This document shows, piece after piece, positions 45,377 to 58,485 of a stretch of 64,000 bases of DNA. The translations under genes were made by a program, and so were the position numbers. The notes under the pieces were generated by a model that saw only the letters and a list, made by a program, of their open reading frames with translations, did not search any database and was not told the DNA's origin. Each line of letters begins with the position of its first letter. The stretch's first letter is position 1. Source of the DNA: the human T2T-CHM13v2.0 reference genome, Homo sapiens; the NCBI RefSeq assembly GCF_009914755.1, contig NC_060944.1, one strand, 5' to 3'.

Positions 45377-45974
45377 CTCTTCTTTACAGTTCAGCTGGAG
45401 GCCAAAGCGTTTGGTTTCCTGGGTGTGACCACCTCTACCTCTCCATAGCCATTTTCTCCATAGACTTGCTTGAAGCCTAAGGGATACTCCATTCCCTGTT
45501 TTCCCTTCTATAATAGTTCTGTGGATGGCTGAGGGGATGGCAGAAGACTAAGGGGAAAGTAAAGGCGTAGGTGACCCAGTCATTCCTGTCTTAGGGGCTA
45601 GGTTGGCTGGATCCCTAGACTGAGAAGCCAGGCTGAGTGTGACCTGTGGAGACCTAGAAGATTAAGAGGAATGGATATTGCCTTGCAGGGAATGGTAAGC
45701 CATGAAATGTTTTGTAAGGAGTGGTACATACAAAATATTGCTCCAGAAAGCGTTTACCTTCAGGAGTTGATAGAGTGGGCAGAGCCCTGCAGGCTGGAGT
45801 TTATGGACATCCCAGTGAGAAAGGGCATGACTCGGGAGGCTGTGGAACAGCAAGTGGCCCTAGCCTGAGTGAGTCCCTGCAGTGTCCAAGAAATGATGTT
45901 GAGATATAACCACCCAAGAGAAGAGACGAGGGTCAGAAAACCCAACTGTCCAAGCTCACCAAGGGGAGAGAGCA

Positions 45975-46369
45975 GTGTTGCAGATGTGGTTGGTGCCTTG
46001 TCCATCTGCACCCAACACTTGCCCTTCATCTCTCCATCCAACTTGTGCTTGGTCAAAGCTGAGCAGTTTGGGAGATAGGACCCCAATGATGATGCTGTTT
46101 GATGGATAAATACCCCCACTTCCTCATCATTGTCCCAAGGTGGGGACAACTCTGAGCTGTGTTATACACCATCTCCCACAGTGTCCAGCATGACTGATGT
46201 CAGTGGCCTGCAGTGGTAACCCAATAAATCCCAGGCATTGGCTGCCTTCCCTTCCTGGCCTCACATCCCCCTCCTCTAGTGGTGGTTTCTGGGATCACCT
46301 CCCAAATAAGCTACTTATATTCAAATTCTTATTCCAGGGTCTGTTTCTGGGGGATCCCAGTCTAAGACA
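45975..46369 (+). mobile_element. LTR16-like ERVL LTR
   Basis: TGTTGCAGATG..CTGGGATCACCTCCCAAATAAGCTACTT..CAGGGTCTGTTTCTGGGGGATCCCAGTCTAAGACA. Confidence 0.75.
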
Positions 46370-48259
46370 GATTAAAACCAGACGTTCTGGTATTCTGCGT
46401 CTAGACATTCTCCTTTAACATTAGACAAATCACAATCACTGCTCTTTGAACTGTGAGCTTCAGTTCTTTGCCATTTTGGGGGAGCAGTTCTCTGGATCTA
46501 CTTGTCCAGATGTATACAGGTTTCTGATGGTTTGCTGTATGACGTCTCACAAGTCCTCTGCCCGTTCTGGGCCACTGCTTTCCTTTGAGTGTTGTGGTGT
46601 CTTCGGGTTTTTGTAAATCAGGACATTCGGGGGCATGCTGTGATAATCAGCTTTGCACTGTTTGGTAGCTCCGTTGATGGAAGAGGGTGCATGGTTGCTG
46701 TGTGGCATTTGGAGGCAAGGCCAGATCTAGGGATGGAGGATAGGTGGCAGCAAAGTCCTGGTCATCTCAGCTGGAACTTATCATCCTTTCCTCAAAATGT
46801 TGGAGATGAATTTTAGTCTCTCCACTCCAGAGTTTGAAAGTCTTTTACTAGTCCTGACTCAGTTTTCCAACCAACTGACATCCCTGCCCTTGAACCTAGC
46901 ACCCTCCATAACCATATTGTTTCCCTAATTGTTCACAAAGTTAAGTTTGAAAATGAAAAGCCAGCAAGGGGATAATTCCAATAAAAGGAAACTGAAGAGG
47001 ACTTTTATGTCTTAGAAATGCACTCATCTGCGCATCTGAGACTAATAATTGTTAGTGCATGTGCGTAAAAGTAATTTGTTACCTCTCTTTGTCTCTTTTT
47101 TACCCCTTTTTCTGAGCCTGACTCAACTATGGCTCCTTGGAGAGGGAAGTCAATGGGACTGAAATGGTTACTAATAATGGGTCCCAAAGTAGGCAATGTA
47201 GCCCAAGCCAGAGAAACTATCAAACACTAAATGGGCATCAGAGAAGTCAGACAATATGTAAATATGGATTTTGAAGATCAAAAAGTAATTCTAAGTAACC
47301 AGAAGCATTAGTATTGTCATCATTCAGGAAACACAGTTGACGACTGAAAGACCCATGGGGCACTTTTCTTAGGCAAATTTAGTGCCAATAATATTTTGAA
47401 GCCTCTTTGTAAGGTCATAGTCAAGCTCAAGTTTCATTTGAGTGTCTAAAATTTTGTGACTACAGACATCATGAAATCTTCTCTATTTCTTTTTATGTTC
47501 CCCCTGGAACTATCCCTATTGAAAAGGTGATTTTGAGGACAAATTTACATCACCAACATAAATAACATTCCATCTTTAATTAGCTTTCACGATGGGCCCA
47601 GGTGGTCCTGACAGCCTTTTGCATCCTAGAGAGCCCAGAGGAATCAGAGAAGGTGTCCATCACCAACTGTTCTTGGTAACATGCAGAGGAGATGAAGATA
47701 CTTTCCTTAGGGTGGTGGGAAACTTTGATGAAGGTATAAAAAGACTGATCTGGAAGAGGAAAGGAGTTGGATAAAGGTACCAGAATGAGCATACTTTCGA
47801 ATCATACTCCCTTCTGCATTAGATCTCTAGAAATTACAGAAAAGACATAAAACACATTCATTACAGCTGTAGAAAATTAGATCTTGCTTTTCTTGGATAT
47901 GAAATTATGTAAGCTAGAAGCGAGAGGAAATGAGGTTGAAAGTGGAGTTCACTGATCAAAACACATGTAGGTGAGTTTTTTTAAAAGGCAGAAGTAGTCC
48001 AGGGGTGCTGCACAAGAGTCCCAGGAGAGCTCCCAGCTTGAGGCTGTGGATGCAGAGGGTGAGAGGGTTGCCTGAGGTCATCTGCCCTGGTGACTGATGA
48101 TGTGCCTCAGGTGCAGCCTGGTGGCTTGCCACCTACCTGTGTCAAGCAGCAGCAGACAGAGGCATTTTCTGCCAGGTGTGAGCAGAAACCATGAGTACTT
48201 GGGAAAGAGAGGCAGGTACCAGGTAGCTGCTGATACTGGGAGTTGACAAACTACTGACA

Positions 48260-49110
48260 CATACATCTAAGATAACATGTCGATACAAAGTGTCTACCAA
48301 ACACTATAGCGTTACTGTCAAACCTGGAAAAAAGATATCACAATCATCACTGCCATTCAACATTATGCTAAAGGCCAGTGCAATAACAGAGGTGAAAAGG
48401 AGATATTTGAAGATGATATGATAATTTAGAAAATCTAAGGAAATCAAGTGACAAATTATTAGAACTTAGATTGCTAAAAAGGCGTCTAATATAAAATCAA
48501 CATTAAAAAGTCAAAAGACTTAAACATCAGCAATAATAAATTAGACAATGTAATACCAAATAGGATTCCATGACCACAAAACTGTAAAATACCTAACAAA
48601 TATAATGACAAATGTGAAAGATTTACACAAAAACTTATGAATCCTTATTAAATGTCACCAATAGAAATCTGAGTAAGTGAAAACCTATACTATGTTTCTA
48701 TATTGTATATTTCTCAATTCTTACTAAATTAATCCATAAAATACCAGTGTAATTTTAAGAAAGCATATAATAAGTAGAGTAAGTCAGCCAATTTCTTTTT
48801 ATGAAGAGCATGACAGGGTTCTTGCCTTGTAAGATATAACCATGAAGCTACATGCAACAAATTAACAGCCAGATGCATAAATTGTAACTATAAAGGTAGC
48901 AGAAGAAAATACAGGAACATTTGTTAGTAATCTTGAGATAGGGAAATTTTCTTAAGCAAGGCACAAAATACAGAAGGCATAATTGATAGATTTTGATAGA
49001 CTACATAAAAATGAAAACTTTTATGTAACACTTGCTGGTATAAAACCACACATTAAGACAACTTAAATAACCAGAAAATATTTGCAACATATGGGAGTTA
49101 AAGGATTATA
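48260..49110 (+). mobile_element. Highly degenerate L1M5/L1ME ORF2 fragments
   Basis: ATTCAACATTATGCT..GAAGATGATATGAT..GAAAATATTTGCAAC. Confidence 0.6.
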
Positions 49111-49571
49111 AAAATGAATGTGACTGAATCACAAAATTATCATATACTCCAAAGTGCAGATAAAGTTATCTTCTACTTTATTTCTCTGTGTTTGATTTCA
49201 TCTCCTCTATAAGGCCTCCATAATTTTGTCCACTCTAGTAAGTGTAATATGAACCAATGCATCCAAAAGTTTCTTTAGACAATGCGGATCTCGTTTGGAT
49301 GAAATGCCCAGACTTCCTCCCTAAGATGCAGGGGATGTAGGAATGAGGCTGTGGCTTGTGTGGCCTTGCGATGGTAAGGACAATGGAGGATTCATTGCTT
49401 GTCTTCTGGATTTCCCCTCATGTCCACTTCAGTTCATGGATTAGTGACTGCCCGGGTGCAGCTGGTGTCATGCCTGACTGCTTAATTTCTGGAGGCACTT
49501 AGGGCTGAGGTTCACGTTGATGTCTTCGTTTCTGGTTCCTTTCCTAGCTGGGCCAATGCCTATGACCCTTT

Positions 49572-50106
49572 TGTCAGAAGCATTCAAACCAGAGTGACTC
49601 CATCTTGAGTGAGGGCTAGGAAAATGAGGCTGGGACTTATTGGGCTGCATTCCCAGAAAGTTAAGTATCCTAGCCTCTAGATGTTTATGGTTAAGGGAAC
49701 AGATTGATAACATTTACTAAACAGACCCAGACTTGAGAGTGTCCTAATATCCCAATATCTTGAGAACAGAAGCAGTCCTAATTTTGCTTTAAAGATAATA
49801 TTGATTCTTCCAAAATACAGTAATTAAGAAAATTAATCCTTTATCACACACCCTTGTAGCAGAGCACATCTCCCATGATCTTTTTTTATCCTATATAAAT
49901 GAATATTGTACCTAGGGTGGACGCATTCCTCCTCTTATTTTTGGAAACACCCTGCTCTGTCTGTGGAGTAGCTGTGCTTTATTCCTGTACTTTCTTAATA
50001 AACTTGCTTTCACTTTATTACTCTGTGGACTCATCCTGAATTCTGTCTTGTGTGAGATCCAAGAACCCTCTCTTGGCGTCTGGATCAGGACCCCTTTATG
50101 GTATCG
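49572..50106 (+). mobile_element. MER41 (C-like) solo LTR
   Basis: TGTCAGAAGCATTCAAACCAGAGTGACTCCATCTTG..GAGATCCAAGAACCCTCTCTTGG. 4-bp TSD CTTT at 49568-71 / 50107-10. Confidence 0.9.
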
Positions 50107-50320
50107 CTTTCTGGCTGACCCAGCCCCACTACTGCCCTCACTATGACCTTGCCTGAGGTCTATGTGTGTCCCCAGGCCATGTGGCCTGTCCTGCAGCCCT
50201 CACCTGGGAGCTGCTTCCCTTCATCTCATGGGCTGTTTGGTGTGCTCCTGTCTAGCCATCCGGGTACCTCTGTACCTGCTCAGGGCTATAGGGAACTCTG
50301 GGTTCCCTTAGAGCCTCAGG

Positions 50321-50539
50321 TAGGGAGTGTCAGATAAAAATACAGGATGCCCAGTTAAATTAGAATTTCAGATAAACAGCAAATAATATTTTAGTATACG
50401 TGCGTTCCAAATATTGCAGGTCTCAAATATTACATTATATTAGTATATTAGTTATACTAAAATAAACACTGATTGTTTTTCTAAAGTTCTTATCTAACTG
50501 GGTATCCTGTATTTTTATTTGTGAAGTCTGTCAACACTA
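50321..50539. mobile_element. MER53 palindromic MITE
   Basis: AAAAATACAGGATGCCCAGTTA ... TAACTGGGTATCCTGTATTTTT inverted arms. Confidence 0.88.
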
Positions 50540-51849
50540 GCCATGTGGGAGCCAAAGGCTGCTTGGAAGAGGTGAACTCGAGGCCTTCCTTCTTTTGCCT
50601 GGCTGCCTGGCACACTGCGTCGACTTGGTTGTGCCCACTCCAGTTAGGCTGGGGGCTGAGCATAAGGCTGCCTCCTTCCTCTGTCTGGATAGAAAGTGAG
50701 GTTGAGGTTCTGCTGCTTTTTGCTTTTTCCTCGATTTATCTCCTCTATGCCTTCAATCCAGAGCAATTAAACTAAGACATTCTCTTTACACAGGCTATTG
50801 GGACTTCCCCCTGCTTTCCTGTCTGTCTGTGCGGACTTTCCTTGGGTCCTCTAGGCTCTTAATATGTTCAAGGAGGGAGATAAAGGAATTTAGAAAATCT
50901 CTTCTCTCTCCACAAAGCCTGGATTTAGAGCCCATTATCTTGCTGTGAATTCAAACTCTACTTTGAATGTCAGTAGCTGAATATTAATTCTTGGTACCAC
51001 TGCTATAGATAATTCTAAAATCCCTCCCTGGTCCTCAACTGCAAGGGCAGTCAAATTCCTTACACTGATTAGGGGAAACGCTGCTAGAGTATAATTTCCT
51101 AGAAGTTGGAAATGACTTTTATACAAATATAAAGTGAACAGGTGTCAAAGATTTTATTTAGCTCATTAATTATTGAAGGGGCAAGTCAGTTGTTAGAAGA
51201 GATTCAAATCAGAATTTGAGTTACAAAGAGTTATATTCTCTTTGGGACAAAACTCATTTGCATTGTTAAGGACAGGAACAATTTACATTGCTACCAGTTG
51301 TCTTCACTTTAACTGCTGCCCCTACAGGCATGTAAAATAGACTAATAATGGAAAGTCAATCCAAAGGCACAGGCCTCTCTAGACTCAGATCATCCCAGAA
51401 GGTCCCCTAGGCAATGCCCAATACTCTACTGAAAGAATTCTCAGGGATCTCTTTTGCCCATTTCCACATCTTGGACAATTTTTTCCTGACAAAGTATAAT
51501 CTCAAAATTTTTTTTATCCTGTTACAATATGAAAAGATAATAAATTCAAAGAAGAGGAACTATAAATGGCTGACAAATATAAGATTAAATGCTCAACCTC
51601 ACCAGCCTATTCATGGGAAACATACTAAAACAACATAAGAGTTTTATCAGTTAATATCCAGGATGGAAAGACAAAGATTTCCATGCATTGATGTTGGAAG
51701 TATAAATTGGTTACATCTTTTTGGAGCACGATTTGGTAGTGTCTATTGAAATTTTAAATGTGGGCATCTTTTTGCAATTCCACTTACAGATATATCTTCT
51801 AGAGAAATAGTAACAAACATGCAAGTGAATAACGGTGAAAGCATCACTA

Positions 51850-52600
51850 ATTCATTTACCAAATATTCATTAAGCACCTACTTTGTGTTAAGCTCAGAGA
51901 TGCTTGGCACATATCAGTGAACAAACTAGCCAAAGCTCCTGTTTGCTGGAATGTGTATTCTCACGGGTGCAGATAGACAATAAAAAATATAATGAATATA
52001 TAAATCCCCTAGTTTTTTGGAAGATAATAAATGTGGAAAAAAAGAGTAAGTAGATTAGGGTAAGGAAGAATTTGTAGTGCTGAGAGTTGGGGTGGGAGTA
52101 GGGGAACGGGTTTGGGTATTAAATATGGCGGTCAGGGTAGACCTCGTTGAGAAGGTGAAATTTGAATGAAGACTTGAAAGGAGTGTGGGAGTGAGTCATG
52201 TAGGTGTTTGAGGGAAGAGCAAAGGCAAGGACACTGAGGTGGGAGTGTGCTTGGCATGTTGGAGAAAAATCAAGGAAGCCAGTGTCTGTGGATCCAGGGG
52301 AGGGTAGCAGGAAAGGAAGTTGGTGTGGATAACAGGACACCCAACTTGAGGGGCCTTACTGGGCTTTGTAAGGAATTCAGCAATCTCTGTCATTGAAGTG
52401 GGGAGCTTGTAAGGTTTTGAGCAGGGAAGTTACACCATCTGAGTGTCATGTTCCCCGAATCCCGAAAGGTTGCTATGTAGATAATACATATATGGTAGGA
52501 GCAGGAGGGTGGACACAGGACCAGTCTAGAAGTGTTGCTCCTGGTCTGGACTAGCCTATTGGGCCAGCAGTCGAGAAGTTAAAGGTGGTCAGCTTCTGCA
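51850..52600 (-). mobile_element. L2a 3' portion
   Basis: TTCATTTACCAAATATTCATTAAGCACCTACTTTGTG..GTCAGGGTAGACCTC..GAGAAGGTGAAATTTGA..GCAAAGGC..CTGAGGTGGGAGTGTGCTTGG. Confidence 0.8.
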
Positions 52601-52815
52601 AGTATGTGTGTGTGTTTTAAATGAATTTTATTGTGTATATACAACATGATGTTATGGGCTACATATAGATAGTAGAATAATTACTATAGTAAAACAAGTT
52701 AACGTATTCACCATTAACATATCACATAGTTACCCACACTTTTTTTTTGGTGACAAGGGCAGCTTAAATCTTCTCATTTAGCAGGAATCTCAAATAAAGT
52801 AAAATTTTATTACCT

Positions 52816-53688
52816 TGTAAACCAAAAATAAAATGCTAAGCCCCTCAATCGACTGAATGAACCCTCCTCTCTGCCAAGGGCTTTCTGAAGTAAACCTGAA
52901 ACACTAGTTCATGTCACATGCCACGTTGGGAATGGGTTGTCGGGCATGTCTCATTATAACTTCCTTCCCCTCATTCTAACTTCCTTCCTTTGGAATTCAG
53001 GCAGAGCTGACCAGCACTAACACTAAAACTTAAGACTCATAAAACGGACTCTTTGTAGCAATAAGATAGCAACATGAGATAGCAGGCTCTGGAAGAAATA
53101 AAAGTATTTACCCCAAAATATATTTCTTTGACATATTTTGAAATGGCCTTGCAAAGTTGTCTCTTGTGGGGAAAATCCACATTGTGTAGAGAATTCCCTT
53201 TCCTTTCCAGGTCTTTTTCCTGATCCAGGAGAGAGTTAACTAAGTGTTTGGCACCTTTTTAAATCTGATAAGAAACGTTTACAATGTATTCTCTCTGAAG
53301 CCTGGTACCTGAAGGCTTCATTTGCATAATAAGAACCTTGGTCTCCACAACCCCTTATCTTAACCCAGACACTCCCTCATATTGATTTCAGGTCTTTAAA
53401 TAAACTCTTTCAGTCAATTGCTGGTCAGAAAATCTTTGAATCCACCTGCAACCTGGAAGCCCCTGCTTCAAGTTGTCCTGCCTTTCTGTACTGAACCAAT
53501 GTACATCTTACATGTACTGATTGATGTCATGTGTCTCCCTAAAATGTATAAAACCAAGCTGTAGCCTGAGCACCTTGGACACAGGTCCTCAGATCTCCTG
53601 GGGCTGTATCACAGACCATGGTCACTCATATTTGGCTCAGAACAAATCTCTTCAAGCATTTTATAGAGTTTGACTCTTTTTGTGGACA
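52816..53688 (+). mobile_element. MER4 (D/E-like) solo LTR
   Basis: TGTAAACCAAAAATAAAATGCTAAGCCCC..GAGTTTGACTCTTTTTGTGGACA. Perfect TSD ACCT at 52812-15 / 53689-92. Confidence 0.9.
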
Positions 53689-53907
53689 ACCTGTAGTCCT
53701 CGTGTTATACATTAGATCTGGAGGCTTATTCATGCTACACATCTGCTACTTAGAGCTCCCCATTTCCTCCCCGCTACCCTTGTACCCACTGTTTTATTCT
53801 CTTTCTCTGTATATTTGACCTTTTTTTTCTTTTTTTTTTTAGATTTTAGGTATAAGTGATACTGCAATATTTTTCTCTCTGTGTTTGGATTATTTCATTT
53901 AGCATAA

Positions 53908-54304
<397 letters not shown>

Positions 54305-54340
54305 GATTCTCTTCTTTTTTAAGGCTGAATAATATTTCAT

Positions 54341-54358
54341 TCTCTCTCTCTCTCTCTC

Positions 54359-54390
<32 letters not shown>

Positions 54391-54422
54391 TAAAAAATAT
54401 ATTTATATACACATATATACTA
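54341..54422. repeat. (TC)n(TA)n(CA)n compound microsatellite
   Basis: Visible directly. Confidence 0.9.
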
Positions 54423-54805
54423 CAGTTTTTTTTATTCACTTATCTGTTAACGGACACTTAGATTGTTTCCGTATCTTTCTGCAAGTGTTTCGAAAGTAGA
54501 ACCCGCATGACTTTCCACCATGTGAATCACTGGGAATCAAGGCTGACTCCTGCGTTTTTGACCTGAACAATCTGGAAGGAAGGAGTTGTCTGTCAACTCC
54601 TGGGAGGCTGAGGGTGGAGTAGAGCTCCTTTCTGGTTGGTGGGGGCACATCATCAGAAGCTGAGTTTTGTAGAAAAGAGGTTAGCAATAAAGTATTTTTT
54701 TGATAATAGCTAGAAACTGAAAACAAGAGATCATCAAAAGGGTAACAATTATGTAAACTAAGGCTGTACAGAATACAGTAGGTCCACTTTTCAGCATCGC
54801 AAGTA

Positions 54806-55372
54806 TAGGGGACAAGGAAGAACATCCCCCTTGCCCTCTGAAGGTTCACTGAAGATCAACTGACAAAAGACAGGTTAACAGGAGGAATGACATGCAAATG
54901 TGTTATCACGCACGGGGCAGGGCCACAGAGTGATCTCCCCGTCATGCAGTGGGGTAGAAATGGCTGCATACCTTCTTCTTAGGGGAAAGTGGGGGTAGTA
55001 AATGATTTTTAGCGGAATTCAGTGGTCTTAAAGAACACACAGTGGCCTGAGACAAAGTTTATTGGGCCTGCAGAGTAGACAATGATTTGAGACAAAAGTC
55101 TGTCCAGGTGAGTTGAAAGACTTCAGTCTTTCTTCCTGCGACATGAATTCAATTAACAAAAACTCAGGGAAGGAACCGGAGGTGACTGTTTTCTTCTTTG
55201 TCAGGTCCAGACTTTAGACAGATCAGGGAACTTCAGGAAACAACTCCATCCTGTGCTTTAGGGGAAACAGAAGATTGAGAGTGGCAGAAGGTCAGAGAGG
55301 ATGTGAAGCCTTTTCTTCAGTTCAGCATGTCAAAGTGCTGTCTATTAGGATATTGGTTTCTGGGCTCCAGCA
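54806..55372 (-). mobile_element. MER39/MER39B-like solo LTR
   Basis: Minus strand begins TGCTGGAGCCCAGAAACCAATATCC..CTTTGACATGCTGAACTGAAGAA. Confidence 0.7.
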
Positions 55373-56055
55373 GAAGATCTCCAAGGCACAGAATTACAGA
55401 AAAAACAATGTTCAATACTACCTCATTCATCTGCACACTCCATTGACAACACAAACAGAACTGTAGACTTTTATATCCATAGCGATGTAGACAGGTATCA
55501 GAAATGATACACTTTCAGCTTACATAGATTTCTAACACAATCAGCTTTTAGGTAGTGCTCATATAATTTAAATTTAATGCATAGAAAACAAAAGAGAATA
55601 ATAAAAAACCTTGTCTCACCTTGGCTGGTGTCCTCATCTATAAAGTGACCTGCAAGGTCCTTCTGCCTCCAGGAATCTGTGCTGTGTAACATCAGGTGAA
55701 CCAGATTATTCTTGGTTTGAAGCCAAGGTGTATTTACTCTTTGTAAACTCATACCTGATTGTGACCAGAGAAGGATGGAATTTGGCTTTTCCCCCTAATA
55801 AAGTTGGGGGATCACTTTGAAGTATGACTAAAATTTGGATGTACATTGGCTTTCAATTGAATTTCAGACAGGGGTTAAAGCAAGTGGCTGCCTAGAAAGT
55901 TCACACCTGTCAACGTGGTCTCTTAGAAGGAGACAGTGACATGTGTAGTGTTCACCATCAAGTTCAAGTCAGAGAGTAGTCTCATGACTGGGTGGTTGAA
56001 GCCTTGGGGCTTCCTTAGGAAATGTTTTCTTTTTACTTTACATGGTTGACCAACC

Positions 56056-56818
56056 TGTGGTATTTTATATACATGAGTTTTGTCCATGGTTTCCTGGCTT
56101 ATCACTCCTAAAATCCTTAAGATCTCCAAAGCGCTGTCTTTTAGAGTGGCTTTTGTCTGACAGGTTCACAATGGGGGCTGGTCACCAGAAAGACCAAGCC
56201 AGGATTAGATGGTTGGACTTTCAGCCACCTCCCCCAATCTCTGAGAAGTGGGGAAGGGGCTGAAAGTTAAATTAATCACCAATGGCCAATTGTTTAACCA
56301 ACCATTCCTACTTAATGAAGCTTTTATAAAAACCCAAGAGGATTGGGTTCAGAGAGCTTCCAGATAGCTGAACACATGGAGGTTCCTGGACTGTGGCACC
56401 CCGGGAGGGCATGGAAGCTCCAGGCCCCTTTCCCGATGGCTCACCCTATGCATCTCTTCATCTGTACCCTTTGTAATATTCTCTTAATAAACCAGTAAAT
56501 GCAAATTTGTACATTTTCTCCAGCTAATTAATCGAACCCAAAGATGGGGTCATGGGAACCCCAACTTGAATTCAGCCAGCTGGTCAGAAGTTCTGGTGGC
56601 CTGGACTTATGACTGGTGTCTGGGAGACAGTCTTGGGGCCTGAGCCCCCAATCTGTGGGATCTGACACTCTCTTGGAGGACACACAGCTGGTGTCTGTTG
56701 CATGTCTTTGTGACCAAACCCCCATACATTTGGTCACAGAAGTCTTCCTGTTTGTTAATGATTGTTGTGATGTGACAGTAGAGGAAAAACATGGTGGGAT
56801 AGAGTTTCTTTTCTGACA
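56056..56818 (+). mobile_element. MER21 (A/B-like) solo LTR
   Basis: GGGGCTGGTCACCAGAAAGACCAAG..ATCACCAATGGCCAAT..GGAGGGCATGGAAGCTCC..CCCCATACATTTGGTCACAGAAGT. Confidence 0.85.
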
Positions 56819-57310
56819 TAAACCCTTACACATATTCAAATAGCCAAAGACCTACTGTGCCACTCCCTTCCTGACTGTTTCTTCTGTCTCCTTGCGGCCA
56901 CTCCTTAACTCTCTGATCAGGTTACCAGTCCCTAATCACTGGCTGATTGGATGTTTGAAAAGAAGGTTTGGACAGGGCATGATTCTGAAGGTGAATGTGT
57001 TTCCACTAGACACTCCCTTCCACATACCAGTGCCCTTTAGGACGACCCATGGTGGGCAGAGCATTTCTTGCTTCATTGCAACAAAGTGGAATTTATTTTA
57101 AGAAGCTAAGAATAAACTTAAAAAACATTTGATAGGCATGGCTGTTGACTTTTGAAAACTTCAAATTAAAATACTTTCATTTAATTTTTTGATTATAAAA
57201 ATCAATTTGTTTTACTGAAATACAATAACGTATACAGTCAAGTACCATCCAGAGGTAATCATCATTCATGTTTGGTTTATTTCCTTCCAACCTCCCTCCC
57301 ATGTATATGC

Positions 57311-57719
57311 TGTTAAAGAAAAATTTATTCTGACATTCATTAAAATGCTAAGGACAGCCTTATTCAGAACTATTGTGATCAGTGCCAAGACTCACAATAG
57401 AGGAGAGATGGAGCTCAACTCTGAATACAGCAAGGGCAAGTGGGGATTTAATGGTCAATGAGCAAAATGAAGTGGTCAGTGGATGGAAAATTACAAGCGG
57501 AGACATCAAGGATGGGGGATTCTTGCTAAGCTGACAGGATCCTTGCTGAAGACAGGCCAGGGTGATACAATATCATGGGTGGGGAATGAGGAATTTGGTC
57601 AGATACTGAGTGTGATCAGATACCAAGTGTGATGGGACCAAGGCCAAGGCTGAGGCCTCATTGAGAAGAGGGCTCAGAGGAGCCTGCCGGAAGTTTGGGC
57701 AAGGAGAGAGTCTTGGACA
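57311..57719 (-). mobile_element. MER31-like solo LTR
   Basis: Minus strand TGTCCAAGACTCTCTCCTTGCCCAAACTT..CTCCTCTGAGCCCTCTTCTC. Perfect TSD ATGC at 57307-10 / 57720-23. Confidence 0.82.
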
Positions 57720-58001
57720 ATGCAATGGGGACAAATGACATATTTATGAAGGACCATAGTTCCTCCTCCCATCTCTCTCCACACTAGCCCACCAGGCAGA
57801 ACTGGAAAACAGAGAGAGGAAATAGCAAGAATAGGATACTAGCAAGCCAATTGTCTTGAGAAGGGTAAAGTAAGCTGAGCAGAAGAAAAAAACTCCACTT
57901 GTTTTGAGGGTAGGAGAAGAAGCTGAGTCAGAGAAAAGGAGTGGGAATCTGGACATGACATGTACTTTCCTCATAGTGCCTCTTGATAAAAAAGTGAGAT
58001 T

Positions 58002-58485
58002 GAAGGTAGGGGAAGTAATATCTTTTTCCTGACTCCTCACGGTGTTCATGACTGAGACCCCTATGACAACAGATTAATGAGAAAAAGTCATACAAATTTA
58101 TGAAATATAAGTTTTGTGTGTGATGGGAGGCTTCGGAAATGATGACCCAAAGAAGCAGGGACGCTGCGTATTTTTATGCTTGGATTTGATGAAGAGTAGA
58201 CAGTTATGCAGAAGTAGAATTGGACAAAGGGAGCGTGATCTAGTGGTAACAAGCTGGGAGGAGCTGAGCAAGGCCTGCTTGTTCAGATTCTTCTTGGCAT
58301 ATCTGTGTCTTTCTTCCAGGCATAGGACCCCTCTGGGATTAGGGTTTTATAACCTACTTTAAATAAAGGTTGGAAAATTCTTTTATGGCCTGCTTCAGGG
58401 TAGAACAGCAAGAGAAGGCTAGAGACCCTTCCTGCTCCTTCTGTTTTGCTAAATGCCAAGGTACTATATTTCGGGGTAGTGTGAT
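58002..58485 (-). mobile_element. ERV1 MER4-group LTR (LTR29/LTR49/MER34-like)
   Basis: CAGATTAATGAGAAAAAG..GCAAGGCCTGCTTGTTCAGATTCTTC..GCCAAGGTACTATATTTCGGGGTAG. Confidence 0.6.

Noticed and set aside
47580-47792. Possible coding exon in unique DNA
   Set aside because: No recognisable homology or convincing splice-site pair; cannot be supported without alignment
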